Below, one piece after another: positions 9,545 to 21,997 of a DNA stretch of 64,000 nucleotides. Made by a program: the position numbers and the translations under genes. The number at the start of each line of letters is the position of its first letter. Position 1 is the first letter of the stretch. The DNA lies in contig NIVC01000608.1 of NCBI GenBank assembly GCA_002269645.1, forward strand, positions 248,001-312,000. The letters run 5' to 3'. Origin of the DNA: Macrostomum lignano (Eukaryota). The notes below the pieces were generated by a model. The model was not told where the DNA came from and searched no databases. It saw nothing but the letters and a program-made list of their open reading frames with translations.

Positions 9545-12500
9545 ATGGCAAGCGACAATTCCTCAACAGAAGCGCCGCGGATCAGCGTATCGCCGCCAGA
9601 TCAATTCCTGCCGCAGCCAGGCCGACCGACGAGGCCGTGGAAAGAGTGGAAGTCTCTGTTTGACAATTACCTGCTGGCGGCCGGTTATGACACTCTGCCG
9701 GAGGCGAGGAGGCGTGCGCTGCTGCTGCACTGCCTGGGCGCTGAAGGCCAGCGAGTCTTCACGGCTGTGGCGGCAACGAGGACTCCGGCTCCGACAGGAT
9801 TCGCTGCGACAATCGCGATTCTGGACGAGCAGTTCGGGGTCAAAGTCAACGTGGTGGCCGAGCGCCACAAGTTTCGGCAGCGCAGTCAGCGTCCCGGTGA
9901 AAAGATTGCGGACTTTGTGGCGGCCCTGTATGCTCTAGCTGGCTCATGTGAGTTCCGCGACATGATGGAAGAAATGATTCGGGACCAGATCGTGGAGAAG
10001 GTCAGCGACAGGCGAATTCGAGAGCGCCTGCTGATTGAGGACGGTCTGACCCTGCAGAAGGCCGTGACTCTGAGCCAGCAGGGAGCCAAGGTCGCTGAGG
10101 TCGTGGACGATAGCGACCACGCCGTGTACACAGTTCGCGGTGCTGCCAGCGCCGACATCCGCTGCCGGCTGAAGGTGCAAGGCACCTGGCTGAATCTGCT
10201 CGTGGACTCTGGAGCCAAGGTGTCCATCCTGTCGGAAAAGACCTTCAGAAAGCTCGGAGACCGGGTGCCACTGCAGCCGTCGACCAAGAAGCTAATCGCG
10301 TACAACGGCGAGGCGATCAGTGTAGTGGGCGAGGCAGTGCTTTCCGTCAACTACCAAGACCAGCAGGTGCCGTTTTTCTGCTTCATCGTGGTGCAACAAG
10401 GCTCCGATATCATGGGCGCGGACTTGATGCAGCACCTCAACTTCCAGGTGGTGGACAGGGACGGCGACTTGGTGCGCACAGTCGATAAAACAGCAGAGCT
10501 GCCGACCTGGCTTCCCGAGCGCTTCAAGCCTCTGGCGCAGGGGCTCGGGCGGATCCGAGGATTCGAGCACCGGCCCAGGCTGAACCCGGCCGTGCCTCCG
10601 GTAGCGCAGCCGCTCCGCCGTATTCCACTCAGCATTAAGGACAAGGTCCAGGCGGAGATCGACCAGCTGTTGGCAGACGACATCGTTGAGGAGATCCAAG
10701 CTTCCGAGTGGATTTCGAACCTGGTGATCGTCCCGAAGCCCGAAGGTAAAATCAGAATCTGCAACGACCTCAGGTGTCCAAACAAGGCTATAGTGCCGGA
10801 TAAGCAGCCGCTGCCAACTTTCGAGGAGCTGACGACGGAGTTCAAGGGCTCGACCGTGTTCACTAAGCTCGATTTGAACTCGTCGTACCTGCAGCTGGAA
10901 CTGGCGGAAGACCGGCGGGACCTAACGGCCTTCATCACGGAGAAAGGCCTTTACCGGTACAAGCGCGTCTGCTACGGCCTTAACAGCGCTCCAGCAGCCT
11001 TTCAGAAGGTGCTCAGTAAGATTCTCCACGGCTGTTTGGGGACGCTGCACTACATTGATGATATCGTTGTGCATGCTGCCAACGAGACGGAGCACCGGCG
11101 ACGGCTCACGGCAGTGCTGGACCGGCTGCTCGCCCATGGCGTAACGCTTAACACCGCCAAGTGCCAGTGGGCTGCAGAGTCCGTGCAGTTTCTGGGCTAC
11201 ATCGTCTCGGCGAGAGGCCTTCAGCCGATGCAGTCCAATGTGGAAGCCATCGAAGCGGTGCCGGAGCCTCAGAACACCGAGGCGGTGGCCTCATTTCTCG
11301 GAATGGTAAAGTTTTACTCGAACTTCCTACACAACCTATCCGACATCGCCGAGCCGCTGCTGCAGCTACTTCGCAAGGACCAGCCTTGGAACTGGACAGC
11401 GGACTGCCAGAAGGCCTTTTGGAGGCTTAAGAAAATGGTGGTGTCTCCAACGTGCCTGCGATTCTTCTGTCCCGACGACAAGATAATCGTGGCCTGCGAC
11501 AGCTCTGCGCACGCTCTGGGTGCCGTGTTGATGCAAGAAGACAGCGCTGGCGTTCGCAAGCCAGTTGCTTTCGCGTCGAGGACTCTGTCGGCGACCGAGC
11601 GCAAGTACTCCGCGTCAGAAAGAGAGGCGCTGGCATGTATCTTCGCCTGCGAGCGTTGGCACTACTTCCTGTTCGGCCGGAGATTCGAACTGCACACCGA
11701 CCACCAGGCTCTGACGACGCTGCTGACGGCTCAAGGCAGCGGCCACCGACCTTTGCGGCTGCACCGATGGGCCGACCGCCTGCTCGCGTACGACTTCCAA
11801 GTGTGCCACGTTCCCGCAAGAAGAACATCGTGCCCGACTTTTTGTCACGCCATGGCGCTTTCGGAGAAGATTGCGCTGAAGATCCGACCGAGCACCAGGT
11901 GAATGCCGTATTGTTATCGGGCGCGCTGGAGGTTGTCAGCGCAAGCGAGTTGGCCGAGGCATCCCTGCAGGACCCGGTAATAAGCGAAGTGATAGCTCTG
12001 ACGCTCCAGGGGTGGCCGAGCTCCATCAAGCATCTGCGGTCGGAGTTGCAGCCGTTCTGGAGGATCCGAATGCAGCTGACGGCCTGGAATGACGGCAAGT
12101 GCCTGGCCAACGGCACTCGAGCGGTGATCCCCGCATCTCTGAGGGAGAAGACGCTGCAGCTGGCACACTTCGGGCACCTCGGCGTGAGCAGAATGAAGCA
12201 GCACTGTCGGGACGCCGTCTGGTGGCCGCAAATCGACCAGCACATTGAGGAGTTCGTGCGGCACTGTGAGGCCTGTCTGCTAAGCGAGAAGAATTTCAAG
12301 CCATCCAAGACGGTTCTGACCCCGAAAAAGTGGCCGACGCGTCCATGGGGGGAGCTTCAGCTAGACATCTTTGGGGAGCTGCACTCGGCTCCGAACTCCT
12401 GCCGCTTCATCCTGGTGCTGTACGACTTGCACTCAAAGTGGCCGGAGGCTGCCTGCATGTCAACCATCACAAGCGCTGATGTCATCGACGCCTTGACAAC

Positions 12501-13277
12501 GTGGTTTAGTCGTTGGGGGCTGCCGAAGAGTATCAACACAGATGGAGGGCCTCAGTTCGTGTCCGGTGATTTCGAGGATTTCTCCGGCGCTGTGGCATCC
12601 AGCATCGGCAGTCGCCGCACTACCACCCTCAGGGCAACGCGGCGGTAGAGCGTTTCAACCGGTTTCTCAAGGACGGTCTCAAGACGCACTTGGAGGAGGG
12701 CTATGACTTTAAGGACGCGGTGAAGGCACTGCTGTGGTCGTACAGAGCCACCCCGCATGCACTGACTGGAGTTTCGCCGGCGGAGCTGATGACAGGCCGG
12801 AAGATCAGCACTCCCCTGACAGCCCTACAGCCAAGGACGGCAGCGCGGCACAGACTGGCGGCCGGCATCAAGCGAAAACAGCAGCGAGTTTTCAACCAGC
12901 TCAACTCGACCAGGAGACCCCCGCCGACTTTCATGGTCGGCGACTGGGTGCGGGTGAAGCGGCCGTTCGCCCGGGGCAAGCTAAGCAGCCGCCTGTCCGA
13001 GCCTCGTGAGATCTCCCGGATCGCGAGCGCCACCACCGTCATCCTCAATGATGGCTCCCGCTGGCACGTCGACAATTGTGTTCGAGTTCCGCGGCCCGCC
13101 GGAGCGCTGCCACACTGGCCCGCGACGGCTTCCAGCGCGGCGGCGATTCCGGCGGAGGCGGCGGCGGAGGCGGCAGAGCCAGCGCGGCCGCAGCAGACAG
13201 CCCAGACTGCGGTTCGAGTGAGCACGAGGACGCGAGCGCCTCCACAGTGGTACTGGGAAATTGTGACGCATAACTGA
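9545..13277 (+). CDS. Gag-Pol polyprotein of the Gypsy element, with two apparent 1-bp deletion frameshifts (~11816, ~12582)
   Basis: Protease LLVDSGA; RT LDL..SY, YGL.SAP and YIDD; RNase H CDSS, EREAL, TDHQAL; integrase H-x2-H...C-x2-C, LQLDIF, TDGGPQF, VERFNR after restoring the frame. Confidence 0.9.
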
Positions 13278-13494
13278 TTTATTAGTGACTGCTAACTGAC
13301 TTTCTCACGAACGATGTGCATTTGAAGCCAAATTAGTTGTTTTCAGACTAATATTGCGATTTAATGCTCAGTGAAATACTCAGTGTGATGATCTACTTTT
13401 ATTCCTTCGATGCTCAGTCATGCGCTTTTATTCCTTGTTCAATATTTCGACGAATTCGGTTTTCGCGATTCCACTAATCGGAAGGGAAGGTGAA

Positions 13495-13666
13495 TGTTGT
13501 GTTGCTACTCAATGTGTGTGTGTAGTTGTGTGTACGTTCGTTGTACATCTGTTAGCTATCGATCGCATTACAATATATGATATATAAGTGAGAGCGCGGT
13601 GAGTTTGAGAGCTTGAGAGTTTCGCCTACAAACTTGCAGACTGGCTGGCTTATTCATTATACAACA
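13495..13666 (+). repeat. 3' LTR (172 bp)
   Basis: Direct repeat of 9236-9407. Confidence 0.96.
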
Positions 13667-16439
13667 CACTGAGTGGGTGGGGACTGGGTCCCGCTGTGCT
13701 TGATGCACTGAGTGGGTGGGGGACTGGGTCCCGCTGTGCATGATGCACTGACTGGGTGGGTGACTGGGTCCCGCTGTGCATGATGCACTGACTGGGTGGG
13801 TGACTGGGTCCCGCTGTGCATGATGCACTGAGTGGGTGGGGGACTGGGTCCCGCTGTGCATGATGACTGAGTGAGTGGGTGGGGGACTGGGTCCCGCTGT
13901 GCTTGATGCACTGAGTGGGTGGGTGACTGGGTCCCGCTGTGCATGATGCACTGACTGGGTGGGTGACTGGGTCCCGCTGTGCATGATGCACTGAGTGGGT
14001 GGGGGACTGGGTCCCGCTGTGCATGATGACTGAGTGAGTGGGTGGGGGACTGGGTCCCGCTGTGCATGATGACTGAGTGAGTGGGTGGGGGACTGGGTCC
14101 CGCTGTGCTTGATGCACTGAGTGGGTGGGTGACTGGGTCCCGCTGTGCATGATGCACTGAGTGGGTGGGGGCCTGGGGGCCGCTGTGCATGATGCAATGA
14201 GTGGGTGGGTGACTGGGTCCCGCTGTGCATGATGCACTGAGTGGGTGGGGGCCTGGGGGCCGCTGTGCTTGATGCACTGAGTGGGTGGGTGACTGGGTCC
14301 CGCTGTGCATGATGCACTGAGTGGGTGGGGGCCTGGGGGCCGCTGTGCTTGATGCACTGAGTGGGTGGGGGACTGGGGGCCGCTGTGCATGATGCACTGA
14401 GTGGGTGGGGGCCTGGGGGCCGCTGTGCTTGATGCACTGAGTGGGTGGGTGACTGGGTCCCGCTGGGCATGATGCACTGACTGGGTGGGTGACTGGGTCC
14501 CGCTGTGCTTGATGCACTGAGTGGGTGGGGGACTGGGTCCCGCTGTGCATGATGCACTGAGTGGGTGGGGGACTGGGTCCCGCTGTGCATGATGCACTGA
14601 CTGGGTGGGGGACTGGGTCCCGCTGTGCATGATGCACTGAGTGGGTGGGGGACTGGGTCCCGCTGTGCATGATGCAATGAGTGGGTGGGGGACTGGGTCC
14701 CGCTGTGCATAATGCACTGACTGGGTGGGTGACTGGGTCCCGCTGTGCATGATGCACTGACTGGGTGGGTGACTGGGTCCCGCTGTGCATGATGCACTGA
14801 CTGGGTGGGTGACTGGGTCCCGCTGTGCATGATGCACTGACTGGGTGGGTGACTGGGTCCCGCTGTGCATGATGCACTGAGTGGGTGGGTGACTGGGTCC
14901 CGCTGTGCATGATGACTGAGTGAGTGGGTGGGGGACTGGGTCCCGCTGTGCATAATGCACTGACTGGGTGGGTGACTGGGTCCCGCTGTGCATGATGCAC
15001 TGACTGGGTGGGTGACTGGGTCCCGCTGTGCATGATGCACTGACTGGGTGGGTGACTGGGTCCCGCTGTGCATGATGCACTGAGTGGGTGGGTGACTGGG
15101 TCCCGCTGTGCATGATGCACTGAGTGGGTGGGGGCCTGGGGGCCGCTGTGCATGATGCAATGAGTGGGTGGGTGACTGGGTCCCGCTGTGCATGATGCAC
15201 TGAGTGGGTGGGGGCCTGGGGGCCGCTGTGCTTGATGCACTGAGTGGGTGGGTGACTGGGTCCCGCTGTGCATGATGCACTGAGTGGGTGGGGGACTGGG
15301 TCCCGCTGTGCATGATGCACTGACTGGGTGGGGGACTGGGTCCCGCTGTGCATGATGCACTGAGTGGGTGGGGGACTGGGTCCCGCTGTGCATGATGCAA
15401 TGAGTGGGTGGGGGACTGGGTCCCGCTGTGCATAATGCACTGACTGGGTGGGTGACTGGGTCCCGCTGTGCATGATGCACTGACTGGGTGGGTGACTGGG
15501 TCCCGCTGTGCATGATGCACTGAGTGGGTGGGTGACTGGGTCCCGCTGTGCATGATGCACTGAGTGGGTGGGTGACTGGGTCCCGCTGTGCATGATGACT
15601 GAGTGAGTGGGTGGGGGACTGGGTCCCGCTGTGCATGATGACTGAGTGAGTGGGTGGGGGACTGGGTCCCGCTGTGCATAATGCACTGACTGGGTGGGTG
15701 ACTGGGTCCCGCTGTGCATGATGCACTGACTGGGTGGGTGACTGGGTCCCGCTGTGCATGATGCACTGACTGGGTGGGTGACTGGGTCCCGCTGTGCATG
15801 ATGCACTGAGTGGGTGGGTGACTGGGTCCCGCTGTGCATGATGCACTGAGTGGGTGGGGGCCTGGGGGCCGCTGTGCATGATGCAATGAGTGGGTGGGTG
15901 ACTGGGTCCCGCTGTGCATGATGCACTGAGTGGGTGGGGGCCTGGGGGCCGCTGTGCTTGATGCACTGAGTGGGTGGGTGACTGGGTCCCGCTGTGCATG
16001 ATGCACTGAGTGGGTGGGGGCCTGGGGGCCGCTGTGCTTGATGCACTGAGTGGGTGGGGGACTGGGGGCCGCTGTGCATGATGCACTGAGTGGGTGGGGG
16101 CCTGGGGGCCGCTGTGCTTGATGCACTGAGTGGGTGGGGGACTGGGGGCCGCTGTGCATGATGCACTGAGTGGGTGGGGGCCTGGGGGCCGCTGTGCTTG
16201 ATGCACTGAGTGGGTGGGGGACTGGGGGCCGCTGTGCATGATGCACTGAGTGGGTGGGGGACTGGGTCCCGCTGTGCATGATGCTCTGACTGGGTGGGGG
16301 ACTGGGGGCCGCTGTGCTTGATGCACTGAGTGGGTGGGGGACTGGGGGCCGCTGTGCATGTTGCACTGAGTGGGTGGGGGACTGGGTCCCGCTGTGCTTG
16401 ATGCACTGAGTGGGTGGGGGACTGGGTCCCGCTGTGCTT
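13667..16439 (+). repeat. 40-bp satellite, main array (G-rich on +)
   Basis: About 69 units; variants include GCAATGAG, GCATAATG and a longer GATGACTGAGTGAG unit. Confidence 0.98.
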
Positions 16440-17111
16440 CAGATAATTGCAGATTTGGCAGTCTTATTCGGGGGATGAAGGGCTCGAACTTGTAATAACA
16501 TTCATGCGGGCTGTTTACCGCAGCAAATTGGCCTATTGCTATGCAGGAGTTTCGGCTGATGCAAATGTCTTTGCGGCTGCCCTCGTTCCTGCAGCCAGCC
16601 AATCAGGATGGACTTGGCCCATGGGCAGCGGCTAGGGGCAGGGGCTCTGGCCGCGGAGCTTAAGGCTTCAGAAAAGCAGCAAAACAAGCGAGCCCAATGG
16701 CATGCAGGATCTGCTCAAGTGTATAGCCAGAACCCAGTCATCGAAGTATTAAGAATAGTTGAAGGAAACAGAAGCACTCAGAGTCTGCCTCCACCCCTCC
16801 CTCAACTGATTCCTAGCTGTCTGAAGCAGAGCCTTCACTTAACGATGCGCTGCTAGCCTTTTCCTAACGATTGACTTGAGCCCCCGAGGCAGCTGGAACT
16901 GACTCGCACATTTCTGCCCCGCCTGTCTGCTCTAATCTGCCGGCGCTGACAACTTGTCCTGCACTGCCAGACCCCCAACCCTCCTCACAGTTTCGGCGGC
17001 ACGAGAACGGTCGAGGAACAAACGTGATTTTTTCTCAGCTTGTCGTCAAAGGGTGAGCGAGGCTGCCGCCTGGGTTAAAGGGTGGTTTTGAGCTTCTATA
17101 GGGACTGGTTG

Positions 17112-17330
17112 GGACTGAGGAGTGAGATTAGTGCGAGACTGAGGAGGGAGATTAGTGCGAGACTGAGGAGGGAGATTAGTGCGAGACTGAGGAGGGAGAT
17201 AGTGTGAGAATGAGGAGTGAGATTAGTGCGAGACTGAGGAGGGAGATTAGTGCGAGACTGAGGAGGGAGATACTGTGAGACTGAGGAGTGAGATTAGTGC
17301 GAGACTGAGGAGGGAGATAGCGGGGAGACA
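17112..17330. repeat. 24-bp minisatellite GACTGAGGAGGGAGATTAGTGCGA
   Basis: Read directly. Confidence 0.92.
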
Positions 17331-17847
17331 GAGGGGGGGAGAAACTCCCAAGTTAATCTGCAAAAAGATTTAACCAGATTTATTCAAACCGACATTGCAC
17401 AAGATTCATGTTTCAAAGCCGACCAAGTTTAGCTTAGAAAGCCCCGATTCAAAGCAGTCCATAGAATGCAATCGTGACAAATGATTGACGCAAAGCAAAT
17501 TTTAGAAAAGCTGAAAAGTTTTCTGTTAAAGAGTGAACGAATTCGCTAAACCAACGTCTTGCTCAGAACTCTCAGCAAAGATTTAATGTTGGATGGACAG
17601 AATGGTTTGGGGACGTTGGTGGGGCTGAGAAAACTTAAAAAATTTCGCCGCCTTTGCTGCAATCCTGTCAAGGAATTAATTAATCATTTTCTAACTTCCT
17701 AATTTGGTTTTTTAAGAGTGTACATTGTCTCTTTGCTCAAAGCATGTCTCGTAAGAAATATCAGAATCAAATACCATGCTCTGTTCGCAAGACTTCACTT
17801 AATCACGGATTATACCTGCCGCTCAGTAGCTTGATAAGTCTTCTAAT

Positions 17848-18608
17848 CATGCACAGCGGGACCCAGTCCCCCACCCACTCATTGCATCATGCACAGTGGG
17901 ACCCAGTCAGTGCATCATGCACAGCGGGACCCAGTCACCCACCCACTCAGTGCATCATGCACAGCGGGACCCAGTCACCCACCCACTCAGTGCATCATGC
18001 ACAGCGGGACCCAGTCACCTACCCAGTCAGTGCATCATGCACAGCGGGACCCAGTCACCCACCCAGTCAGTGCATCATGCACAGCGGGACCCAGTCACCC
18101 ACCCAGTCAGTGCATTATGCACAGCGGGACCCAGTCCCCCACCCACTCATTGCATCATGCACAGCGGGACCCAGTCCCCCACCCACTCAGTGCATCATGC
18201 ACAGCGGGACCCAGTCCCCCACCCAGTCAGTGCATCATGCACAGCGGGACCCAGTCCCCCACCCACTCAGTGCATCATGCACAGCGGGACCCAGTCCCCC
18301 ACCCACTCAGTGCATCAAGCACAGCGGGACCCAGTCACCCACCCAGTCAGTGCATCATGCACAGCGGGACCCAGTCACCCACCCAGTCAGTGCATCATGC
18401 ACAGCGGCCCCCAGTCCCCCACCCACTCAGTGCATCAAGCACAGCGGGACCCAGTCCCCCACCCACTCAGTGCATCAAGCACAGCGGGACCCAGTCACCC
18501 ACCCACTCAGTGCATCAAGCACAGCGGGACCCAGTCCCCCACCCACTCAGTGCATCAAGCACAGCGGGACCCAGTCCCCCACCCACTCAGTGCATCAAGC
18601 ACAGCGGG
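17848..18608 (-). repeat. 40-bp satellite, inverted copy
   Basis: Reverse complement of the 8935-16439 unit (ACAGCGGGACCCAGTCCCCCACCCACTCAGTGCATCATGC). Confidence 0.97.
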
Positions 18609-19147
18609 AACACACCAATGCCATATCCCAGAAGGCAAGCAAGCGACAGTCCCACTCTCTCCAACACAAATCGGAAATCATATCCTGGAACTGTGGAACT
18701 TCACGCAGTGTATTCCAAGCACTTCACTGAAGCGCCTTATCAGTAACTCTAGCTCACTTAAGCCCTTAGTGTTTTTACTTCAGTTCTGTGAGTTGGTGAG
18801 CTGGTATCTGAGTGTGTGAACAACCACTTTTGGCACCCAATTTCCTAAAAAATCACTCAGACGTATAATACAGTCTAAACTCTGGGGATTGGCTATGCTG
18901 CACAGCATAATATGAACTAAGGTATCAGTTTCTTCGTCTCATTAACTTTCTGTAACTTAATCTCCAATGATTTTCACTGCAATGAGTAGGGTAATCTAGT
19001 GCACAAGATTAGGGACTTAGGGGTTACCAAAAATAATAATTATTATTGATTACACCTTTCCTAATGGTCAGAGGTGCAACCGACAGCTCAGCCGCAGCTA
19101 TAGGGCTATTAGGGGTTACAACAGAGTATAGAGTAGTTTTAAGTTCT

Positions 19148-19462
19148 TTAGAGTAGAATACTCAGGACAGAGTAGAGCACTCAGGACAGAGTAGAGTACT
19201 CAGGACAGAGTAGAGCACTCAGGACAGAGTAGAGTACTCAGGACAGAGTAGAGCACTCAAGAAAGAGTAGAGCACTCAGGACATAGTAGAGTACACAGGA
19301 CAGAGTAGAGCACTCAGGAAAGAGTAGAGCACTCAGGACAGAGTAGAGTACTCAGGAAAGAGTAGAGCACTCAGGACAGAGTAGAGTACTCAGGAAAGAG
19401 TAGAGTACTCAGGAAAAGAGTAGAGTACTCATGAAAGAGTAGAGTACTCAGGACAGAGTAGA
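19148..19462. repeat. 19-bp minisatellite AGAGTAGAGCACTCAGGAC
   Basis: Read directly. Confidence 0.93.
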
Positions 19463-19992
19463 TTAAAGTGCACAGAAGAGAGAATTCTAACTATAAGACT
19501 CTTGACCAGAAATTAGTTCTCTTATTAAAGAACATTTCAATGGAAAGTGGCACTAAATGGCCAGGAAATTCAATCTGTCTGCTCTTTTATCGGCCGGGAG
19601 AATTTGATAGCTTAACAAAAAAAAGAATTAAAGCAGCTTCGAAAAAGTAACTTGCTGAAGCCGCTGAAGCAAAACCAAATGGAGAATTCGCGTGACAGTC
19701 CGGGTGCTGGCCGCATGATTGATTCGGAGTGAGAGAGAAGCGAGATGGAGTGAGTTGTCTGGGGGAGGGGTCGCCTGACAGATGGCAAGTCTACAGGAGA
19801 ATTTTCTTTTTACTGGCTCACTGCCCACCTTCTGCGGCCTCGATTCTTCTATCGCTTATGGTATTGCAGTGAAATTCAAAGTATTCAGTTCACTAGGTGG
19901 ACAAGAGTGGTGTAGACTTGTGTCTTTTCTACTTTACTCTGTTCTATTCTACAGTAGAATAGAAGTAGAGCAGATTTAATATAGAGGGTTGT

Positions 19993-20560
19993 AGAGTAGA
20001 GTAGAGTAGAGTAGAGTAGAGTAGATTAGAGTACAGTAGACTTGAGTAGAGTAGAAGTAGAGTAGTCTAGAGTAGAGTAGAGTGAAGTGGACTAGACTAA
20101 AGTAGAGTAGAATAGAGTAGAGTCGAGTCGAGTCGAGTTAACTGGTGTAGAGTAGAGCAGGGTAGAGTGGAATGGACTATACTAGACTAGAGCAGAGTAG
20201 AGTAGAGTAGAGTAGAGTAGAGCAGAGTAGAGTAGAGTAGAGTAGAGTAGAGCAGAGTAGAGTAGAGTAGAGTAGAGCAGAGCAGAGTAGAGCAGAGTAG
20301 AGTAGAATAGAGTAGAGTAGAGCAGAGTAGACTAGAGTAGACTAGAGTAGACTAGAGTAGAGTAGAGTAGAGCAGAGTAGAGCAGAGTAGAGTAGAGCAG
20401 AGTAGACTAGAGTAGACTAGAGTAGAGTAGAGTAGAGCAGAGTAGAGCAGAGTAGAGTAGAGTAGAGTAGAGTAGAGTAGAGCAGAGTAGACTAGAGTAG
20501 ACTAGAGTAGAGTAGAGTAGAGTAGAGTAGAGTAGAGTAGAGTAGAGTAGAGCAGAGTAG
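19993..20560. repeat. (AGAGT)n pentanucleotide repeat
   Basis: Read directly, with AGAGC and AGACT variants. Confidence 0.95.
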
Positions 20561-21997
20561 ACCAGGACACAGCAGTACAATCGCGTACTTTTATCCGAGT
20601 TTTACCCTTATTCTGCATTTTTCATTATCTATCTGTCAATCATATCCTGTAGCTGACCTCGATCAGTTCTTTTTTACTGGCACCGAAGGACTACGAGATT
20701 ATTAAAGGCGCATGATGATATTGCATCACAGGAGAGGAGAGAGCGGACATGCAGGTAGGCAGAAGTAAGATGCGTGCTGAGAGCCGAGCTTATCCCGAGT
20801 CATGAGCCGAAGCCTCTCATTAAAAGAACCCGCGTTCTTGTGTTCTCCAAGGTCTCCCGATTTCCCCCATGTCCTCGTCTGGCACTTCATTTTTCCGAAA
20901 TCGTTCAAAACTCTTCATTCCTCTCTGTGTCCCTTTGACCTGGCCTCAACTGCCACTCCTGTCCTGGAGAGTAGGGTGCAGGCGCAGCGCTGAGCAGGAT
21001 CAAATTTCGGTCGAATCCGAATTTCGAAGCATCGAGCACGGCTCACCCGATACAGTTCAAGCGGCAGCAATGCCAAATTTTTACACACGGCTGGATCGAG
21101 CAGGGCAAGAGACGGAATTTTTCATTCTTTTTTAACTGCATAGTGCCACCGATTCTGCTGTACACTGGCACGCACTCATGTACACGCCACACCCTCACAC
21201 AGGCTGTACACACAGGTTGGCACTCATGGATGTGAATCGAACGACAACCCCCCCCCCCAGAGTTACACTGCAGGGCACCACCTGGAATAAGTTAGAAATA
21301 CGCATTGTTACATGCAGGATAAATATGAAAATATGAAATATGAATTGCTATAGCTGGGCGGGATTGGGTGTTTGGGGATCTTAGTGCTCAGCCTGCAGCT
21401 TCATTAACTCGGAGGAGCGGTCAGCCATGCGGCAGGCAGCTCATTCACACAAGTTGGCATGTTTGCTCGGGTTGGGGTATGAATATGGAGGAGCGATGAA
21501 GCTCGACAGCTGCTGGGGCCACTGGGATGGATGCTTGGAAACACAATTACCGAGTCTGACACTTGATAAGCCAAGCGGCGTCCCTTCGATCTTGGACATC
21601 CCGTCGTGATTTCTCTGGGAAAAAAAGATGGCCCCAGGAGATGGACGGATAGATGCGGAAAGCCGGGCTCGGCTCGTTCTCGTGTCATTTTTTCTCAACT
21701 CTCGGTCAGGATTTCTGCTAAGCCCGCTGAGTCCTGAGTGACGCATCTTGCAGCTTCCTCTCGGGGATCATCGCGCATGCGAATGCGTTCGATTTTTTCC
21801 TGGGCCCGCTGCGCCTCGCGCTCGGAGGGGGATTCTTATCTCAGATTCTGGGCCCCGATTTCCTGCGAGTTGCTTGACGACTGGCGATCGATTTTCAATC
21901 TTCCTTTCTTGTTGGCTTTCTTTGGCACTTGAGTTTCTGCTGTCATCTGATTGCACTTTGTAGTTACCTGCAGGGGACACTCTTTATGCTGAGTCTC

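Larger units (their letters stand above)
9236..13666 (+). mobile_element. Full-length Ty3/Gypsy LTR retrotransposon
   Basis: LTRs at 9236-9407 and 13495-13666 (172 bp, identical on reading, TGTTGT...ACAACA). TSD CACTG at 9231-9235 and 13667-13671. PBS-like TGGCG after the 5' LTR. PPT GGAAGGGAAGGTGAA before the 3' LTR. Domain order PR-RT-RH-IN. Confidence 0.97.

Noticed and set aside
13568-18819. 900+ aa His/Pro/Ser/Cys-rich ORFs and their 300-aa inverted counterparts
   Set aside because: Stop-free reading of the 40-bp satellite in all three frames; no unique coding sequence.
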